Assembly: GCF_009914755.1 (NCBI RefSeq)
Contig: NC_060941.1
DNA length: 64,000 nucleotides
Reading direction: 5' to 3' (one strand)
Origin: the human T2T-CHM13v2.0 reference genome, Homo sapiens
Shown piece by piece: positions 33,712 to 57,147 of this stretch. A program made the translations under genes and the position numbers. The number at the start of each line of letters is the position of its first letter. Position 1 is the stretch's first letter. The notes below the pieces were generated by a model. That model worked only from the letters and a program-made list of their open reading frames with translations, ran no database searches and was not told the DNA's origin.

Positions 33712-33905
33712 TAGAATCTCTTCCTGAAAATGTAAGCACCAACTTTAACTAGTACATGGTACAAATAAGCTTCTCTTAGACTATAATAGGTTTTGGTAAA
33801 CCAAGTCCAGTTACTATCAGTGATCAAATGAGCCATCACCAAAAACTGTGCTAAATGACTGATGCTAAAACAGGGCAGTCTTAATCAGATACCATAAAAT
33901 AAATT

Positions 33906-34090
33906 CACCTGAGGTCAGGAGTTCGAGACTAGCCTGGCCAATGTGGTAAAACCCTGTCTCTACTAAAAATAACAAAAGTTAGCCAGGCGTGGTGACGGGC
34001 GTTTATAATCCCAGCTACTTGGGAGGCTGAGACTGGAGAATCGCTTGAACCTGGGAGGTGGCGGTTGTAGTGAGCAGAGACTGAGCCAAC
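33906..34090 (+). mobile_element. Alu internal fragment, truncated at both ends
   Basis: Starts at tcacctgaggtc, no A tail. Confidence 0.85.
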
Positions 34091-34389
34091 AATCCCACGT
34101 AGTTCAGTTAATAATAGCAGGAGTCAGGCTGAATTCATGCAACAAATATTTACTGAGTACCAACTGCAGGGCATTCTTTGAGACACAGTGGTAAAAGAGA
34201 CAGACAAGGTTCCCAACCCTCTGAGGATAGAAAGATAGAATGCCTTTAAGGCAGAAGATATCAACCAACTCTAACAAATGAAAATAAATAGCTGTGATTC
34301 TTAAAGCAGAAACCAATACCTTTAGTCCCTTACTCTCCACTTTTTTTTTTAAGCTTAAGGTTTGGGTTTCTCAAAATTTAAAGCATCTG

Positions 34390-35423
<1,034 letters not shown>

Positions 35424-35779
35424 CTATCTAGCCTCCAATAATATATAAGTGTGAGTACATCTTGCAAATAATACAGTTTTTTTAAAAAAAAAGACAATTT
35501 AGGATGAGAAGTCAGTAATAAAGCAGGGCCACCCAGGAATAAATACCTATAGGCAGGATTTTCTATTACGTTCTTTGAATTTAAATGCCATACCTAAGAT
35601 CTATATTTCAGGGAAATTTTCTGTACTAATATAAAGGTTTAAATCTACATATGACTACCACCAGGAACCATGAGTTAATCCCCAAATTATTTTGAGACAA
35701 AATCTTCTGAAAAAGCAAAGCCAAGACACAAGTATTTTTTGGTTTTACTAGTTTAATCATGGCCTCTGATGGAACCTCC

Positions 35780-36625
<846 letters not shown>

Positions 36626-36837
36626 ATGTTTTCTTTTAGATTCCCGTGCTTGAAAGATTAGACAGTAACTCTATAGCACAAAAAAAAAGAAAAAAAAAAA
36701 ACCCAGAATGTTTCTCCCCTTGTATGTCAAATTAACAAAGTTTATTTTACTAACAAGTTTCAGGTTTATGCACTTATTAATATTAATGAGTCAGAGTTAA
36801 GACTTCTAAAAAGTTGATACAAACATATTTTCCCTTA

Positions 36838-37207
<370 letters not shown>

Positions 37208-37411
37208 TCATGTACTGCTGGTGCGGTGCAAATCAGCATAACTATTATGGGAACTACTTGACAATATGTAGGATAAAGATTGAGTACTTACTATATATAC
37301 TATTTAAGTTTGTAAAAAGTGAGCACATTTTACTTTTATAGTCAGAAAAAAAAGGTTTTTAAAAGAAAGAATCATGCAAAAAAATATATAATTTCAATAA
37401 AAAAGTTCTTC

Positions 37412-37617
37412 AGCACCTTGGGAGGCCAAGGCAGGCAGATCACTTGAGGTCAGGAGTTTGAGACCAGCCTGGCCAACATGGTAAAAACCCATCTCTACCA
37501 AAAAATACAAAAATTAGCTGAGCATGCTGGCATGCGCAGAGGTTGCAGTGAGCCGAGATCATGCCACTGCACTCCAGCCTGGGTGACAGAGTGAGACTCT
37601 GTCTCAAAAAAAGAGAA
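37412..37617 (+). mobile_element. Alu with 5' truncation and internal right-arm deletion
   Basis: gcatgc|gcagaggttgcag junction; TSD aaagttctt. Confidence 0.88.
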
Positions 37618-38680
37618 AGTTCTTTATATTGTATTTTGACTCCAACAAAAGCAATAAAGGCTTCTGTTACATATCCAGATGAAATATCTCAAGAGGGTAA
37701 CTACAGTTAGAAAAATAATGGTTTTTTACTTAGGAACTAAAAAAAGTTTTATAGCAGTTTCCAGAGTGGAAGGGAAAACGAACCCTACAGTGTTAGTGTT
37801 CCATATAAGAGCATCATTTTCTTCTAAAGAAAGATTTAAGATAGGAACACTTCTCTGTAGCATAAAATGTGGGACTGATGTGACAAAGAGCAGGTAAACA
37901 ATTCCAATCAAACTTGGTGACTATGATGGCATAGGGAAGATAATTCACTGAATGAAATTGCCTATTGGGTGACATGACAGATACTTCCGAGTATACATAT
38001 AGTGCTTGTACTTTTGATGGAATACGTCATCTATGTTAAAGTTGGCGTAAGCCTAGATCCAAAGGTTACTTTCCAACCACAATACTTATTACCTGAACCA
38101 AACCCTAAGACAAGAACAGATCTGAGATAAAATACACAGGCATCTGATATACTAGTTCTATTTATTACTCTGATTTCTATTTGAAGGTCTTATTGGTTGT
38201 CTTAAAAAAAATTCAGCACATAAATTCTCAAATTCTTAAAGATAGTTGATATATTCATGAGACAGGTGGCTGCCCAAACTAGTTGTTAAGAAAGGAAGTC
38301 CTACTCAAACGCTTGCAGCAGGCAGAGTGTGTTATTAGAGAAGAGTAACAGTTTTCATTTGTAACACTTCAGGATTCCAAGTGCTCAAAGCTCTGAATAG
38401 GAGCCAGGTTTAAAGGGTGAAAAAACATGGAGCATAAAAATTAAAAATATACTCAACCTCACAATAATGAATAAGGCACAGTGGATTAAAGACTCCAGAA
38501 AAAATTTATAAATGAAAACCACTGGCAATTGAAACATATGGTCCTTGAACAAAATTTAAATGTAATAATTCTAATCAAATATCGAGGTGAAGACATATTT
38601 TTTAAATGCTACCTTTGGCTAAGAATGCTTCAAGAAACCCTTCTATAAATATCAACTATGTCTGGATCACACTGAACTTA

Positions 38681-39078
<398 letters not shown>

Positions 39079-39197
39079 TTAAAAAGTAGTAAAAGAAAGC
39101 TTACAAGGAGAATAAAAGGTGAGCAGTAACTGAAATTTATTAAAAAACAGTTAATAACATGAGACAACAGAAATGCAAAATATTAAAATACAAAGCT

Positions 39198-39340
39198 GGC
39201 CAGGTGCTGTGGCTCACACCTGTAATCCCAACACTTTGGGAGGCCAAGGCAGGAGGATCACATGAGCTCAGGAGTTCAAGACCAGCCTAGGCAACATAGT
39301 GAGACCCTGTCTCTAAAAAATTAACTAAATTAAAATAAAA
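39198..39340 (+). mobile_element. FLAM_C monomer
   Basis: Left monomer with A-rich tail. Confidence 0.82.
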
Positions 39341-40407
39341 TGCGAAGTTGCCAAATTTATCAGATTCCAAAAAGAATCCATAAGGAAAGAAAATTTCAGA
39401 GCCTCTCATTCTCTGATAAAAGAAGAGTATCATTTCAAAGTATAGAAGGTTTTCCTCATCCCTCTCCCTCCCTCAAATAATGACTATAAATACCAAAGTG
39501 TTGGACCCAGTGGGAGAACTCAAATAATGAGGTAGTTTAGGACAAAATCAAACCACTGAAACAAAAGAAGAGGAGAAGGAAGAAGAAGATGATGATGATG
39601 AGGACAAAGACCAGAAAAGATATGTACAAGGTTGTTCACTAGTTGTCTGTAATGTAATGGGGGGTAAAAAGGAAAACAATTTAAATATCCATCAAAGGGA
39701 TTGTGGAAAAACTGTGAAATATTCATACTGTATAATAAAAACAAAACAGCTAAAATGGAAGACCTAGATCTGAATCTACCAACATGTACAGATTTTGGAA
39801 AAAAAGAATGAAAATAAGACTGCTGCAGAACTTATATACATATAAATATATATACATATGCACATATATACTCACACATATGTATATAATTTATTGTCTA
39901 AAAATTAAACACGTAAAGCAATACATTTTCATACATACACACATACATACATACACATCTATATTGCACTGGAATGATACACACTAAATTCATGGCAATA
40001 GGTTGTCTCTGGTAGTGAAGGATGGAAACAGAACTGAAAGTATAAATAAATAAAACTTTAGCTGACAGTGTCACAGTCTCTTTTTGTTTGGCTTTTTCTT
40101 TTTTTAAGCTTTTCAAATCGATGAATTCAGGAAAAATGGTAAATTAGAAAAGCTAAAGATTGCTTAATGACTTGTGATATAGGAAAAAAAGCTAAATAGC
40201 TCAAAGCAATATTTTAAATAGATACTAATGCAGCCTAAATCAAACCAAAAAGAGCCTATGAATTCAGTCCAGATCATCTCACTAAGGAAAATCCTGTGTT
40301 GGTAAATATTTTTCCTATAGCTGATGGAAATTATACAGCACTGGGGTTCCTTAAGCAGAGAAAGTATAGGGACTGACTTCATAAATGTCAATAAGAAAGC
40401 ACATCTT

Positions 40408-40708
<301 letters not shown>

Positions 40709-41370
40709 AGAAAGCACATCTTAAATAAAAATAATGTCCACAGTAATCTGACATATCTTCATAAAGACCATAAATCCTTATACTTTGCCTTAATTTTATT
40801 TATTCCTCTAAGAACCAATCTCTCTTTTAATCATCTCAAATTTTAGTACCTGAAACTCAAAGACAGATTATAAAAAGAACACTTAAGGCTTTTTTGCCTT
40901 CTTGAATTCACTTAAGCTTTTTTTCCCCTTCTTTCAAACATGTTTTTCCTCCTTCTTCCTTGACGTTTCCCATCTCCAACCTGTTGTTGTTTTTTTTTCC
41001 TTCCATTATCTCACTGACCAACAGTTGCTTTCAACTGCTAGCAAGCCTCTGGCATATTTATATTTTTCACTTCTTAAAGGAAAAGATGCTCCCACTCCAC
41101 AGCCCAAAGGTCAAATAAAGGGGAAAAAACACATAAAAAGTACTAACCATATTTTGCTGCCTTTCCTTTCTGTATTATGGCTAGGAATAAAGCTCTAATT
41201 GCCAAATAAGAGAGCAAAATCAAACTTACCTGTACATTTTATCATCTTTATAACATTTAAATTTATCCAGGGTCCTCTGTTTCACAAGTCACTTTGGTTA
41301 GGAATTATAAGGCCACTTAAAATAGGCCACTATAGTTGAGCACTATAGTCTAGTGGAAACCATAACCTCA

Positions 41371-41664
<294 letters not shown>

Positions 41665-42121
41665 AGCAACCTGTGCATTTCCACCCCCATCCTCCTTTAA
41701 AAGGATTTCCAAGGTCCTTTCCAGTTAAATGCTTTAAGCTATATAACCACTCCCTCATAAGCAGTATTCAATGTTTCACAGTCTTCAAAGTACTCTGACA
41801 TTTATGATCTTATTTGGGATTTTCAACAGCTCTGTGAGGCACACAGAGCAAGCAAGTATTTTACAAATAAGGGAACAGAAGCTCAGAGTTCCAATTTGCT
41901 GTGGTCACATGGCTATTAATGGGCTTGAGTTTAGAACACAAAGTCTTTTAACTCCTAAACCAACACTTTGCAATTCCTTTGGGGTGACTCTTAGATCAGG
42001 TATGGTCTTTTATTCAACATGTAGAAATGGAAAAAATACCTGAGAAAGATACTTATATTCTCTAGCTTTCAGTTCCAATTTCATTTTCAAGTGGCAACTC
42101 AGTATGAAAGTATGTTCTTTT

Positions 42122-42423
42122 GGCCGGGCAAGGTGACTCATGCCTGTAATTCCAGCACTTTGGGAGGCCAAGGCAGGCACATCGCCTGAGCTCAGCAGTT
42201 GCAGACCATCCTGGCCAACATGGTAGAACCCTGTCTCTATTAAAAAATACAAAAAAAAAATTAGCCAGGTGTGGTGGTGCATGCCTGTAGTCCCAGCTAA
42301 TCGGAAGGCTGAGCGGGAGGCTGAGGCTGGAGAATCGCTTCAGCCCAGGAGGCAGAGAGGTTGCAGACAGCCGAGATCACGCCACTGCACTCCAGCTTGG
42401 GCTACAGAGTGAGTGAGACGCCG

Positions 42424-42457
<34 letters not shown>
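42122..42457 (+). mobile_element. AluS with long poly-A tail
   Basis: Alu consensus. Confidence 0.93.
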
Positions 42458-42460
<3 letters not shown>

Positions 42461-42541
42461 CTTTTGTTCTAATGAATTTGGAGCACCATTATTAATGGAG
42501 ACCTCAGCAAATCATTAATGGGTTCGTGTCTACTTCCATGA

Positions 42542-42919
<378 letters not shown>

Positions 42920-43099
42920 TGACTTTTCATGCTTTAGCACCTAATCATCATTAATTTTTTCAAATAAAATATCTATTGTTCTAACTGCCAGAGTAATTTT
43001 TCTAGTCTAAGTTTTCAAGAAACCAGTGTCTTTCTCCACAGTTACCTTCCTCTCCTTTGCCACAAGCTTACAGAAAAGCACAATTTTTACCATTCTTTA

Positions 43100-43640
43100 A
43101 TTATATTCATTTCAGGTGTCCATACTAACTGGCACCTCTTCAACTCAATTGCTTAAGCTAAAAACCCTATCTTTTCCTATCCTCTTTATCAGGAAGTCCT
43201 GTCAGCTGTCCTGCTTCTCAATGTATTCCATATTTATCCATTTTTGTCCAAGCCAGAGTTTTCTCACCTGAATAGTTACTGGTTTCTAATTGATCTCCCA
43301 GCTTCCTCTGTAGCCCAATTTATGTATTCTTCACATAGCAGCCACAGTGAGCTTTTAAAATGTAAATCCAGATATTGCTCCTTCACTTAACCACACTTAG
43401 AATTCCAGCTCTTTATCTGAACCTACAGAGTCCTATAAGAGCTGGCCCATTATACCAAATTCATCACCTACCACTCTCCCTTATCACTAACTTTACTCCA
43501 AAACACTGGGTTTTCTTTCTACAAACAAGCCAAGATTGTTTCCATCTTAGGGCCTTTGCATTCTTCCCTCAGGCTGGAAGACGCTTCTTCCAGATATTCA
43601 CATTGCTTCTTGTTACTTAGGTCTTCTCTGACCATAGCCA
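43100..43640 (+). mobile_element. L2 fragment
   Basis: cacatagcagccacagtgagcttttaaaatgtaaatc...cttagggcctttgca. Confidence 0.65.
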
Positions 43641-43876
43641 AAAGTAGTAGCTCTACTCCTACACCTGCTATGAATGTTTCATGTGACTTAATCCTCTACA
43701 CTGTGGGTGCACTTAGAATAATCACATGTGGTCCTGCCGGGCTGAGACTCAGAACCTAGACAATGGGGGCTCTCCTCAAAGAATGCCCATTTCTACGTCA
43801 GAAGCAGCTCCCTGGTCTTTTTCTTTTCAGTGCCCAACAGAGTACCTACTAAACTCTTTTTACTTTGGATGTAAAT

Positions 43877-44170
43877 TTTTTTTCTTTTTTGAGACGGAGT
43901 CTCACTGTGTTGCCCAGACTGGAGTGCAGTGGCGGATCTCGACTCACTGCAAGCTCCGCCTCCCGGGTTCATGCCATTCTCCTGCCTCAGCCTCCCGAGT
44001 AGCTGGGACTACAGGCGCCCGCCACCACGCCCGGCCAATCTTTTGTATTTTTAGTAGAGACGGGGTTTCACCATGTTAGCCAGGATGGTCTTGATCTCCT
44101 GACCCCATGATCCGCCAGCCTTGGCCTCCCAAAGTGCTGGGATTACAGGCGTGAGCCACCGCGCCCAGCC
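43877..44170 (-). mobile_element. AluY (CpG-rich)
   Basis: AluY diagnostics; TSD tgg(a/g)tgtaaa. Confidence 0.94.
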
Positions 44171-44369
44171 TGGGTGTAAAATTTTTAAACAAAGCCATAC
44201 TTAATCTTAGAAAATTTTCCTATAATGTTGTTTAGGTCTCTCTTTTTAAAAATTACATCACACCTCTAGATTCTGTATTTTTTATTTGCCTTAAAGAAAT
44301 CAGCCAGAAGCGGTGGTGTCCCATTATGACTAGTTTTTGTTCTCTTTAATTGATAGAAAGTAAACTATG

Positions 44370-44984
<615 letters not shown>

Positions 44985-44997
44985 TTATAGTACATAG

Positions 44998-45326
<329 letters not shown>

Positions 45327-45411
45327 TAGAAAACAACAACTACTCATAGTGGGACCGGGGAGATGAGATTTGTTTTCCAGGATGAGAAATTGGCTTATAA
45401 ATAGAAAAACA

Positions 45412-46043
<632 letters not shown>

Positions 46044-46825
46044 TTATTTCATTTTACAGATCAAGGAACTGAACCCCAAAGCAGCTTAGTGGCTTGCCCA
46101 ATGTGTTAATAATACACACAGGAAGCCAGCAGCGGAGTTTAGAACAGTACCTAGCTATCATACTATCTCCCCACAGTTATGTGAGGAAAAAAAGAGATGT
46201 TGGGCTCAAGAATTTCAGTGTGGGTAAATGAAAGATAAAAGATTGGTGAAAAATAATCAGACTGTAATTCAGGATATTGGGTCCAATAATGATTGATAAA
46301 TTGGAATAGCACAAGAAAGATATTGGTGAGGCACTATAGTTACCATTAAGTAGGGTCCAAATGGGCCACCAAATTCTCCTCATTATCAGAAACGATACTA
46401 GAAACAAAACCAGAAAACACACACAAAATTGACTTCCCTCAACCTAGCTTTCCAGTCTTATCTAATGTGACTGTTCAAATTAAGTCAACTGTCAAGCTAC
46501 TCAATTCCACTGCTCAGTCTATATTCACAACAAAATTAAAGTGGCTATACAAACTGGATTCCTCCTAAGGATATGGAGTTACAAAGATAAATTTGCAACT
46601 CTATTTGTTCTTGGCTCCTGTAACCTTTTATTTTCAATTCAACCAAATCTTTACTGATTAAAACAGCACAGACATAATTTGACTCTGATTCTTAAGATGT
46701 GAAAGGTGTCTTTATTTCCGGAATAAAAGGCTTCCTTTATTTCCTCTTTCAAAGCAAAGATTCATCCTATCATCTTAATCAAATTATTACCAAATATTTA
46801 GAGTACCCATTTTGTGATAGGCCTA

Positions 46826-47170
<345 letters not shown>

Positions 47171-47176
47171 CTACTA

Positions 47177-47386
47177 CAGGTGGATCATCCCTAACCTGAA
47201 AATCTGAAATGCTCCAAAATCCAAAACTTTTTAAGCACGGGTATGATGCTCAAAGGAAATGTTCATTAGAGCATTTTGGATTCTGAGTATTTGGATTAGG
47301 GGTGTAAATATTTCAAAATCAGAAAAAAATAAAAAATCTGAAACACTTCTAGTCCCAAGCATTTTGGATAAGGGATGTTCAACCTG
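47177..47386 (+). mobile_element. Tigger4/MER46-type MITE
   Basis: TIRs caggtggatcatccct / agggatgttcaacctg with TA TSD. Confidence 0.85.
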
Positions 47387-48899
47387 TAGTAGAGTCACCA
47401 GAGAGACAGATTTTAATCTTAAAGCTAACAACTAATCTTAACATTAGTAAATGTGTTTCTATTGCTTGTGCCTAACTGAAGTCAATCAACCATAAAAAAT
47501 ATTCATTGAATGTAGTTTGAATGTCCAGTCCCATGCTGAACTGCCAATCTCACCATTACCAATGTCTTTGTGTGGTTTGAATAAGGAGAAAGTGTTTCTG
47601 GCCTTGAAGAGCCAGGAAAAGACTCAACTTAAAAGAGTAACTCATATGTTCAAGAACTTAAGAGTTTCTCTTCAGTACATAAAATTTCCTCCTCTAGACA
47701 ATTTCCTACCATCTCTTACAGTAAATTCTTCCTTTAAATAGCAAGCCATTTAGAAGTCACCAAAACTATACCCTGACCCTTTCATCCCTGCATACCAAAT
47801 GGAACAAAAACACAGTAAAACCAATTTTAAACATCTAGAATAGTCAGCTAGGAATTCAAATCAGGAAGGGAAACTTTGGACTCTAGACCCAAATTCGCTT
47901 CAAATAATACTTAAGGAACTTATAAATATATTTCTAAGGGATTGGGCCCCTCAAAGTTACAAAACATGGGGAAGAGTTAAAACTACCACTTTATCATTAT
48001 TGCCAGAGGTAGTTGCTTTAAGAACTGTCTTACAAAGGTCAGCATTTTATTGGGTCTTCCAAAAATCAATCCTTCACAATGAGAAATGGACGTCAGTTAA
48101 ATAAACTGTTAGAATAAGAACAAGTCAATATATTCATAAGCTATTGCTATCCTCAGGGCCTGAATTCTAGTGCAGGCTTGAAGATACTTTCCTGAATCTG
48201 AATTTCCTCATTTTTTTTCCCCCTCATCTTTAATTGAGGGTGACTGTGTAAGAATCTCTAAGGTCCCTTCAGTGCTAAAGTTCTATGCCCCTTTGGAAAC
48301 ACTGTTAAAATTGTATCTACTTTTCTTCATATATGCATTTTATTTTAAAGAAAAGCAATATATATACATAACCTAAGTAATTCAAAAGTTACAGGAAGCT
48401 ACAATTGAAAAGTAAGTTTCCTTCTAGATTTCAAATCCCTCTCTAAAGCCTTTAGAGAGGGATTTTTTATATCCTCAAAACAAACAAACAAACAAAAAAT
48501 GAACACAACAGGCATCTACCAGCATATATATATATAAAATACAAATAATATTTTCCCTGTAGACACACTTTATTCTTTCTAATGGTTGCAGAGAATTCCA
48601 CTGTTACCCTGCCGAATGGTTTCCATGTTTTTGCTACTGCAAACAATGTAGCAAACAAGTATATCTAAACATAAGCACAAGTAGGCCCAATAGCCTGCAT
48701 GCTGTTTATTTTGATATTGTCAAATTGCCCTCCAAAATATATCAATATGTACTTCCAATGTGACTCCCACTTGAGCATCTACCCTCTTTGATACATTCAG
48801 GATGGTCAGAGATAGTCACAGAAGAGTGGGTACAAAAAAAACCTTTCAGTAGAAGAGCCAGTGAGATTTAGACCAAAAAAAGAGAAAGTCAGAAATGCC

Positions 48900-48980
48900 T
48901 TTTATAAATACAAAAATAATATAAATATATAATATAAATATAATATACACAATATATAAGTATATAATAGATATGATATG
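48900..48980. repeat. AT-rich low-complexity tract
   Basis: Direct reading. Confidence 0.8.
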
Positions 48981-49384
48981 TGGTACTTTGTTTACAAGAT
49001 TTAAGTGTTGATGCTTCCTTGCAGAGCTCTGAAAGAAGATACAGACAGAAAAAAAGTTTTTTCTATTCAAGGAGAGTAGGTGAGCAACTTGTATTGCAAA
49101 TCCTATGAATCCCAAGAAGGCCTAATTCTGTCTTAGATCAGGATGTGAATTTAAATGTACAACTAAATTCCTCTACATATAATCTGGCCTCTTTCACCCA
49201 GAAATGGTTATTAGCACAGTGAAAGTGAATTTAGTTCTTTGTCTTTGTCACTGACAAAGGATACCTATTAATGCAGCCATTATCCCCCAATTAAATAGGA
49301 CAGTGCACAATTCCAGAGGTGATAAACATGTTAGTAAAACACATAGACAACAATTCTTCAGGCATTTTTAAAACTGTTTGTTTT

Positions 49385-49505
49385 TTACTAGTGACAGTGT
49401 CTATCTATGTTGCCCAGGCTGTTCTCAAACTCAGGGACTCAAGTGATCCTCCTACCCTGACCTCCCCAGGAGCTGAGACTACAGGTATGCTGCCACCACA
49501 GCCAA
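49385..49505 (-). mobile_element. FLAM_A-like monomer
   Basis: Reverse monomer. Confidence 0.72.
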
Positions 49506-49648
49506 CTAAATGTTTAATTAAATAACTGTTACAATGTCTGGCATGTAGTAGATACTGAATAAGTAATTATTAAATTAATTCATGGCATCCACTTTGGAAA
49601 TTATGTTAGTTTCTTTTTTCCTTTCTTTCTTTTTTTTAAAGAGACAGT

Positions 49649-49928
49649 AGCACTTTGTGAGGCCGAGGCCAGCGGATTGCCTGAGCTCAGGAGCTCCAGA
49701 CCACCCTGGGCAACATGGCAAAACCCTGTCTCTACTAAAATACAAAAAATTAGCCGGGCGTGGTGGTACATGCCTGTAGTCCCAGCTACTCAGGAGGCTG
49801 AGGCAGAAGAATCGCCTTAACCTGGGAGGCGGAGGTTGCAGTGGGCTGAGATCGCATCAATGCACTCTAGCCTGAGTGACAGAGTGAGACTCTGTCTCAA
49901 AAAAGTAAATAAATAAAATAAAATAAAA
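49649..49928 (+). mobile_element. 5'-truncated AluS
   Basis: Alu consensus. Confidence 0.9.
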
Positions 49929-50344
49929 TGGCATTCTGGTTTATTTTGTCAACTGTTAGTGAGTTTTGCTAACTACTTTTCCCAAGACCAATTAACTCTG
50001 GTAACAATGAAGAAACTGAGTTTACTAGCAAAACTGAGGAACAGATCCTGAATCTTTAAGACTCCACCAAGTTAACAGCATCCTAAGAGGGCCTGTCAGA
50101 AAAGCCAGTCAGTCACCTTATGGTGCCTTACCTTGGTCAAAACTTGTATAATTTAGTGAAAAGAATGTAACACTAGGAAGGAGATACTTAACATACACCC
50201 CTGATAAGCTCTGAACATGGTTATATACTTTAAAAAGAAAGTTACTGAGTTTAAAAAAGTACTAGTCAGTTCTCAATTTTCCATATTAAAGGATGTAAAA
50301 AGTGATATAAATATTCCAAAACAGGTATTAAAAAAGAAATTCTT

Positions 50345-50686
<342 letters not shown>

Positions 50687-50926
50687 CTATAGATTTACAT
50701 CCAAAATTCTATCTTGGCTGAAATAATAGTAATTATTTACGTAGCCTGGACATAGATTAAAAGACATCATGGGAGTGAATTCAAGATAAAATAGGAACTC
50801 AGCATGAGATAAATGTTGATGGATAATGTATATGAGGATAATTTAAAACTACTATATAATAATTTCTCTCGATCTCACAGCATATTCTAACAGCTCAGTC
50901 TTAGCCATAAAATAATTTTCGAATGA

Positions 50927-51226
<300 letters not shown>

Positions 51227-52012
51227 GGTATTCTTAAAAGTTATGTAATAATCTCTGTGCCAGAAAGAACTTCAGAAACCACCTTGTCTGAACTCTTTGA
51301 TATTACAAAAGAATCTGAGATCCACAAAAGTTGCAACTAGTCTATCTATAGAGAACTACAAAGTAAAATAAATATTTAAGTATTGGGAAGATCATTATTT
51401 AAATAATCCACATATAAAGAACCTTTCTCCAGTATTTCTTGTAAAAAGAGACTTCAATGTATCCAGTTTGCTTAAAATTAGGCCACATCTAGATACTGCT
51501 TTATCTTACACTTGCATACTACACAACTTCAGATGTACTAAAAATAAAATCAGTCCTCTGGGACATAACTCCCATAAAAACCTCTCCACTACACCACAAC
51601 ACAAACCCTCCTCTCCAATTAGTTGACTCTAGCCTGTTTGTCAGCTCATACATACAACCATATGCCTTTCTCAAATTTATTCATACCACCCCGAAAGCCA
51701 GAAATGTTCTACCTCCTATCTGAATACTACCCTTCCAGGTCCAAGTCAAGTCCTACCTTGTTCTGAAGCATTTCCTAACTGCCCCAGTATACTCTAAATT
51801 CCTAGTGTCACTTTCTTGGCAGTTAACAAATGTTACTAAGAACCCATTAGCTGCCAATTAACGTAGGATGCCCAGAATTTTAATTCTCTGTATGTTTTTC
51901 CCTATTCCAAAATTCTCTTTTATAGGTCTAGTGAGATCTAGGAATTGGTACTTAAAAAACAACTTATCAGATGGAAAGAAGAAAACAGTTGCTATACGAA
52001 TAAAACTGATTT

Positions 52013-52369
<357 letters not shown>

Positions 52370-52477
52370 TTACATATTTTTTCAATTACAAGAATATTTA
52401 AGGAATAATTAGGAAAAATCTAATATTGTACAGCAATTCTACTTCAGGAATAAATCCTAAGGAATCAATATGATTGA

Positions 52478-53113
<636 letters not shown>

Positions 53114-54789
53114 ATCACAGCACAATTTATAAGGAAAAACTGGAGGAAAAAAATTCATTATTGGGAAATTGGCCAAATAAAGTATGATTAATCCATAAAA
53201 CAGAATTCTATGTAGTTACTTTGAGAAGTTATTTTTTTACTGGCATAAAAGAGGTCTACAATATGCTGAATTTTTAAAGCAATTTTAAAAACACACAATC
53301 AATTTTTTATAGATATAAATATCTACATGCACATACACATTTAGAGAAATGCCCAATAAGATGTTCAGAAAACGTTAACTGTAGTTAACTCTGTATGGTG
53401 GGATTTGGGGTAATTTTTTACTTTTTTCTTTATACTTTTCTATTTTTTTCCACAAATTATTTCATAATCAGCAAAAGCAAATACTTTTATTCTGAAAAAA
53501 TACCATGTTGATTTTTAAATCTCTTTTTAAGGATTCATGTGGAGTGCATTACTCCCTTTTACTACTAACACCACCAATAAAGAGCCACATAGGTGCTCCT
53601 AATGAGAAGTAATTCCTAACAATATGTCAAAGTGGACTGCAAGGAACTTCCCTGCTGTTTTCATGTTGTTTCTTCAAGCCAGCAAGTTTCTGAAATAATT
53701 TACCCATAGCTTTCACTGAAGGGAGTTTCTCACCTATGCAGAAGATGTTTCCATCGGCGGTGGCAGGACAGATAGCAATGAGTCAAGTCATATTTCAAAG
53801 GTGGACCATCACCACCACCATCATCAGACAACCAAGCGGAGAAGAACTACCACTGCTGTAGCATCTCTGGTCAACAGATTTGAGTACTGGGATACACTGA
53901 GACCAACATGGTACTCTGTGTCTTTGTGTTGACCAAATGTCAACGTCAAGGGCTCCCACAGCCATTCTACTTCATGTGCTCATCCATGCTCCCACACCTT
54001 AGCAAAGATCTGCTTGCAACTTTCTCCACTTCCCAGACACCAACTTCTGAATTTTTCTCAGCCCTCTTATCCCTCTACTAAGAAGGAGAGAAGAGTTAAA
54101 ATGAGAAAATAAAAAGTGCAAAAGCCCAAAGGAGGACCTAGCTGGGTATGCTGGAAGAATAGAAAGAAGGGCAGTATAGCTTGAACACGGTCATCAAAGG
54201 AAAACACTAAAAGAAACAGGTAAGGACCACATCACAGAGATCCTAACAGGTCAGAATAAATCTGGGGATGTTGCTATTTTCATAAATGTTGCTGCTCCCA
54301 TGGTGAATCAATTTTATGCAAATGAAAGTGTTTCATTTTCAATGTACGAAAATCTATTTCTTGATCTACGTTTTGAACCTCATCTACTCTTCCAAAACTC
54401 AGTGCAATAGACCCAACTGCCTGCCTGCTAGGCAGCCTCTCCTAAACATCAATACAACCAAAGCCAATCACTACCTGTTTTCCCAAACCAGCTCCTCCGA
54501 CAGCTTCGTATCTGCTAATGGACGGATCATTCACCTAGGCTTTATATCTCAAAGTTATCTTTCATTCCTTGCCTATTGTCCACCTCCGTTACACACAGGC
54601 TCCTCAGTCCTTAAACCTCCAACCTACTTATATTTTTCTAGAGCCACTGACACTATCCTGATTCAAATTAGCACCAATTCTTGTTCAGATTAGTAGAGTA
54701 GGCTAGTTTCCATATCTCCAGTTCTTTCACCATTAAGTTTGTCCTACATGATGTTATTTAGATACTTTCAAGACCATCAACAAGCGGAT

Positions 54790-56290
<1,501 letters not shown>

Positions 56291-56844
56291 AGCACATCCT
56301 AATCATGTTATTTCTTCAATCAAAAGTTTTCAATCTCTCATGCTTTACCACATTAAACCCAAACTGCTTGGCCATGGTCGAAAACCTTCCAAGCTCTGAG
56401 CCCATTTATTTTCCAGTCTTATCATCCATTATCCCATCTTCTGCTTCAGCCATGCTATGCTCTTCATCATTTTCAGTACACACCCTATACTAACACTGAG
56501 CTTCCCCACCTCCACATTTTCACTCATGACATTCCTTCTGCCTCAATTCCCTTCCCCATCTCTGCCAATGGAAATCCAACCTTCAAAATACCCACCCTTC
56601 AAAGCCCAGCTCAAAGGTAACCTTCACGAAGACAGTCCTGAATCTCACCCCAGCTTCCCCAAAGAACTCTTCCTCTTCTAAGCACCAAACATATAATACT
56701 GCTTTAATCCCCCACTCATTTTGGAACATACCCCTCCCTGTCTTTCTACTATGCTTTTGCTTATAGTCACTCAGCAGGTATTTGTTAAAAAGAAAAGTCA
56801 GTTAACACTATTCCCTTCCCTTCTCTACCATAAAACATATTTAA

Positions 56845-57147
<303 letters not shown>

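Noticed and set aside
41223-41232. Perfect minus-strand donor CAG|gtaagt
   Set aside because: No convincing acceptor at exon distance
53698-53713. 16-mer atttacccatagcttt identical to the exon c.352 donor region at ~14348
   Set aside because: About one 16-mer match is expected by chance in 64 kb; no flanking similarity, so not a duplicated exon
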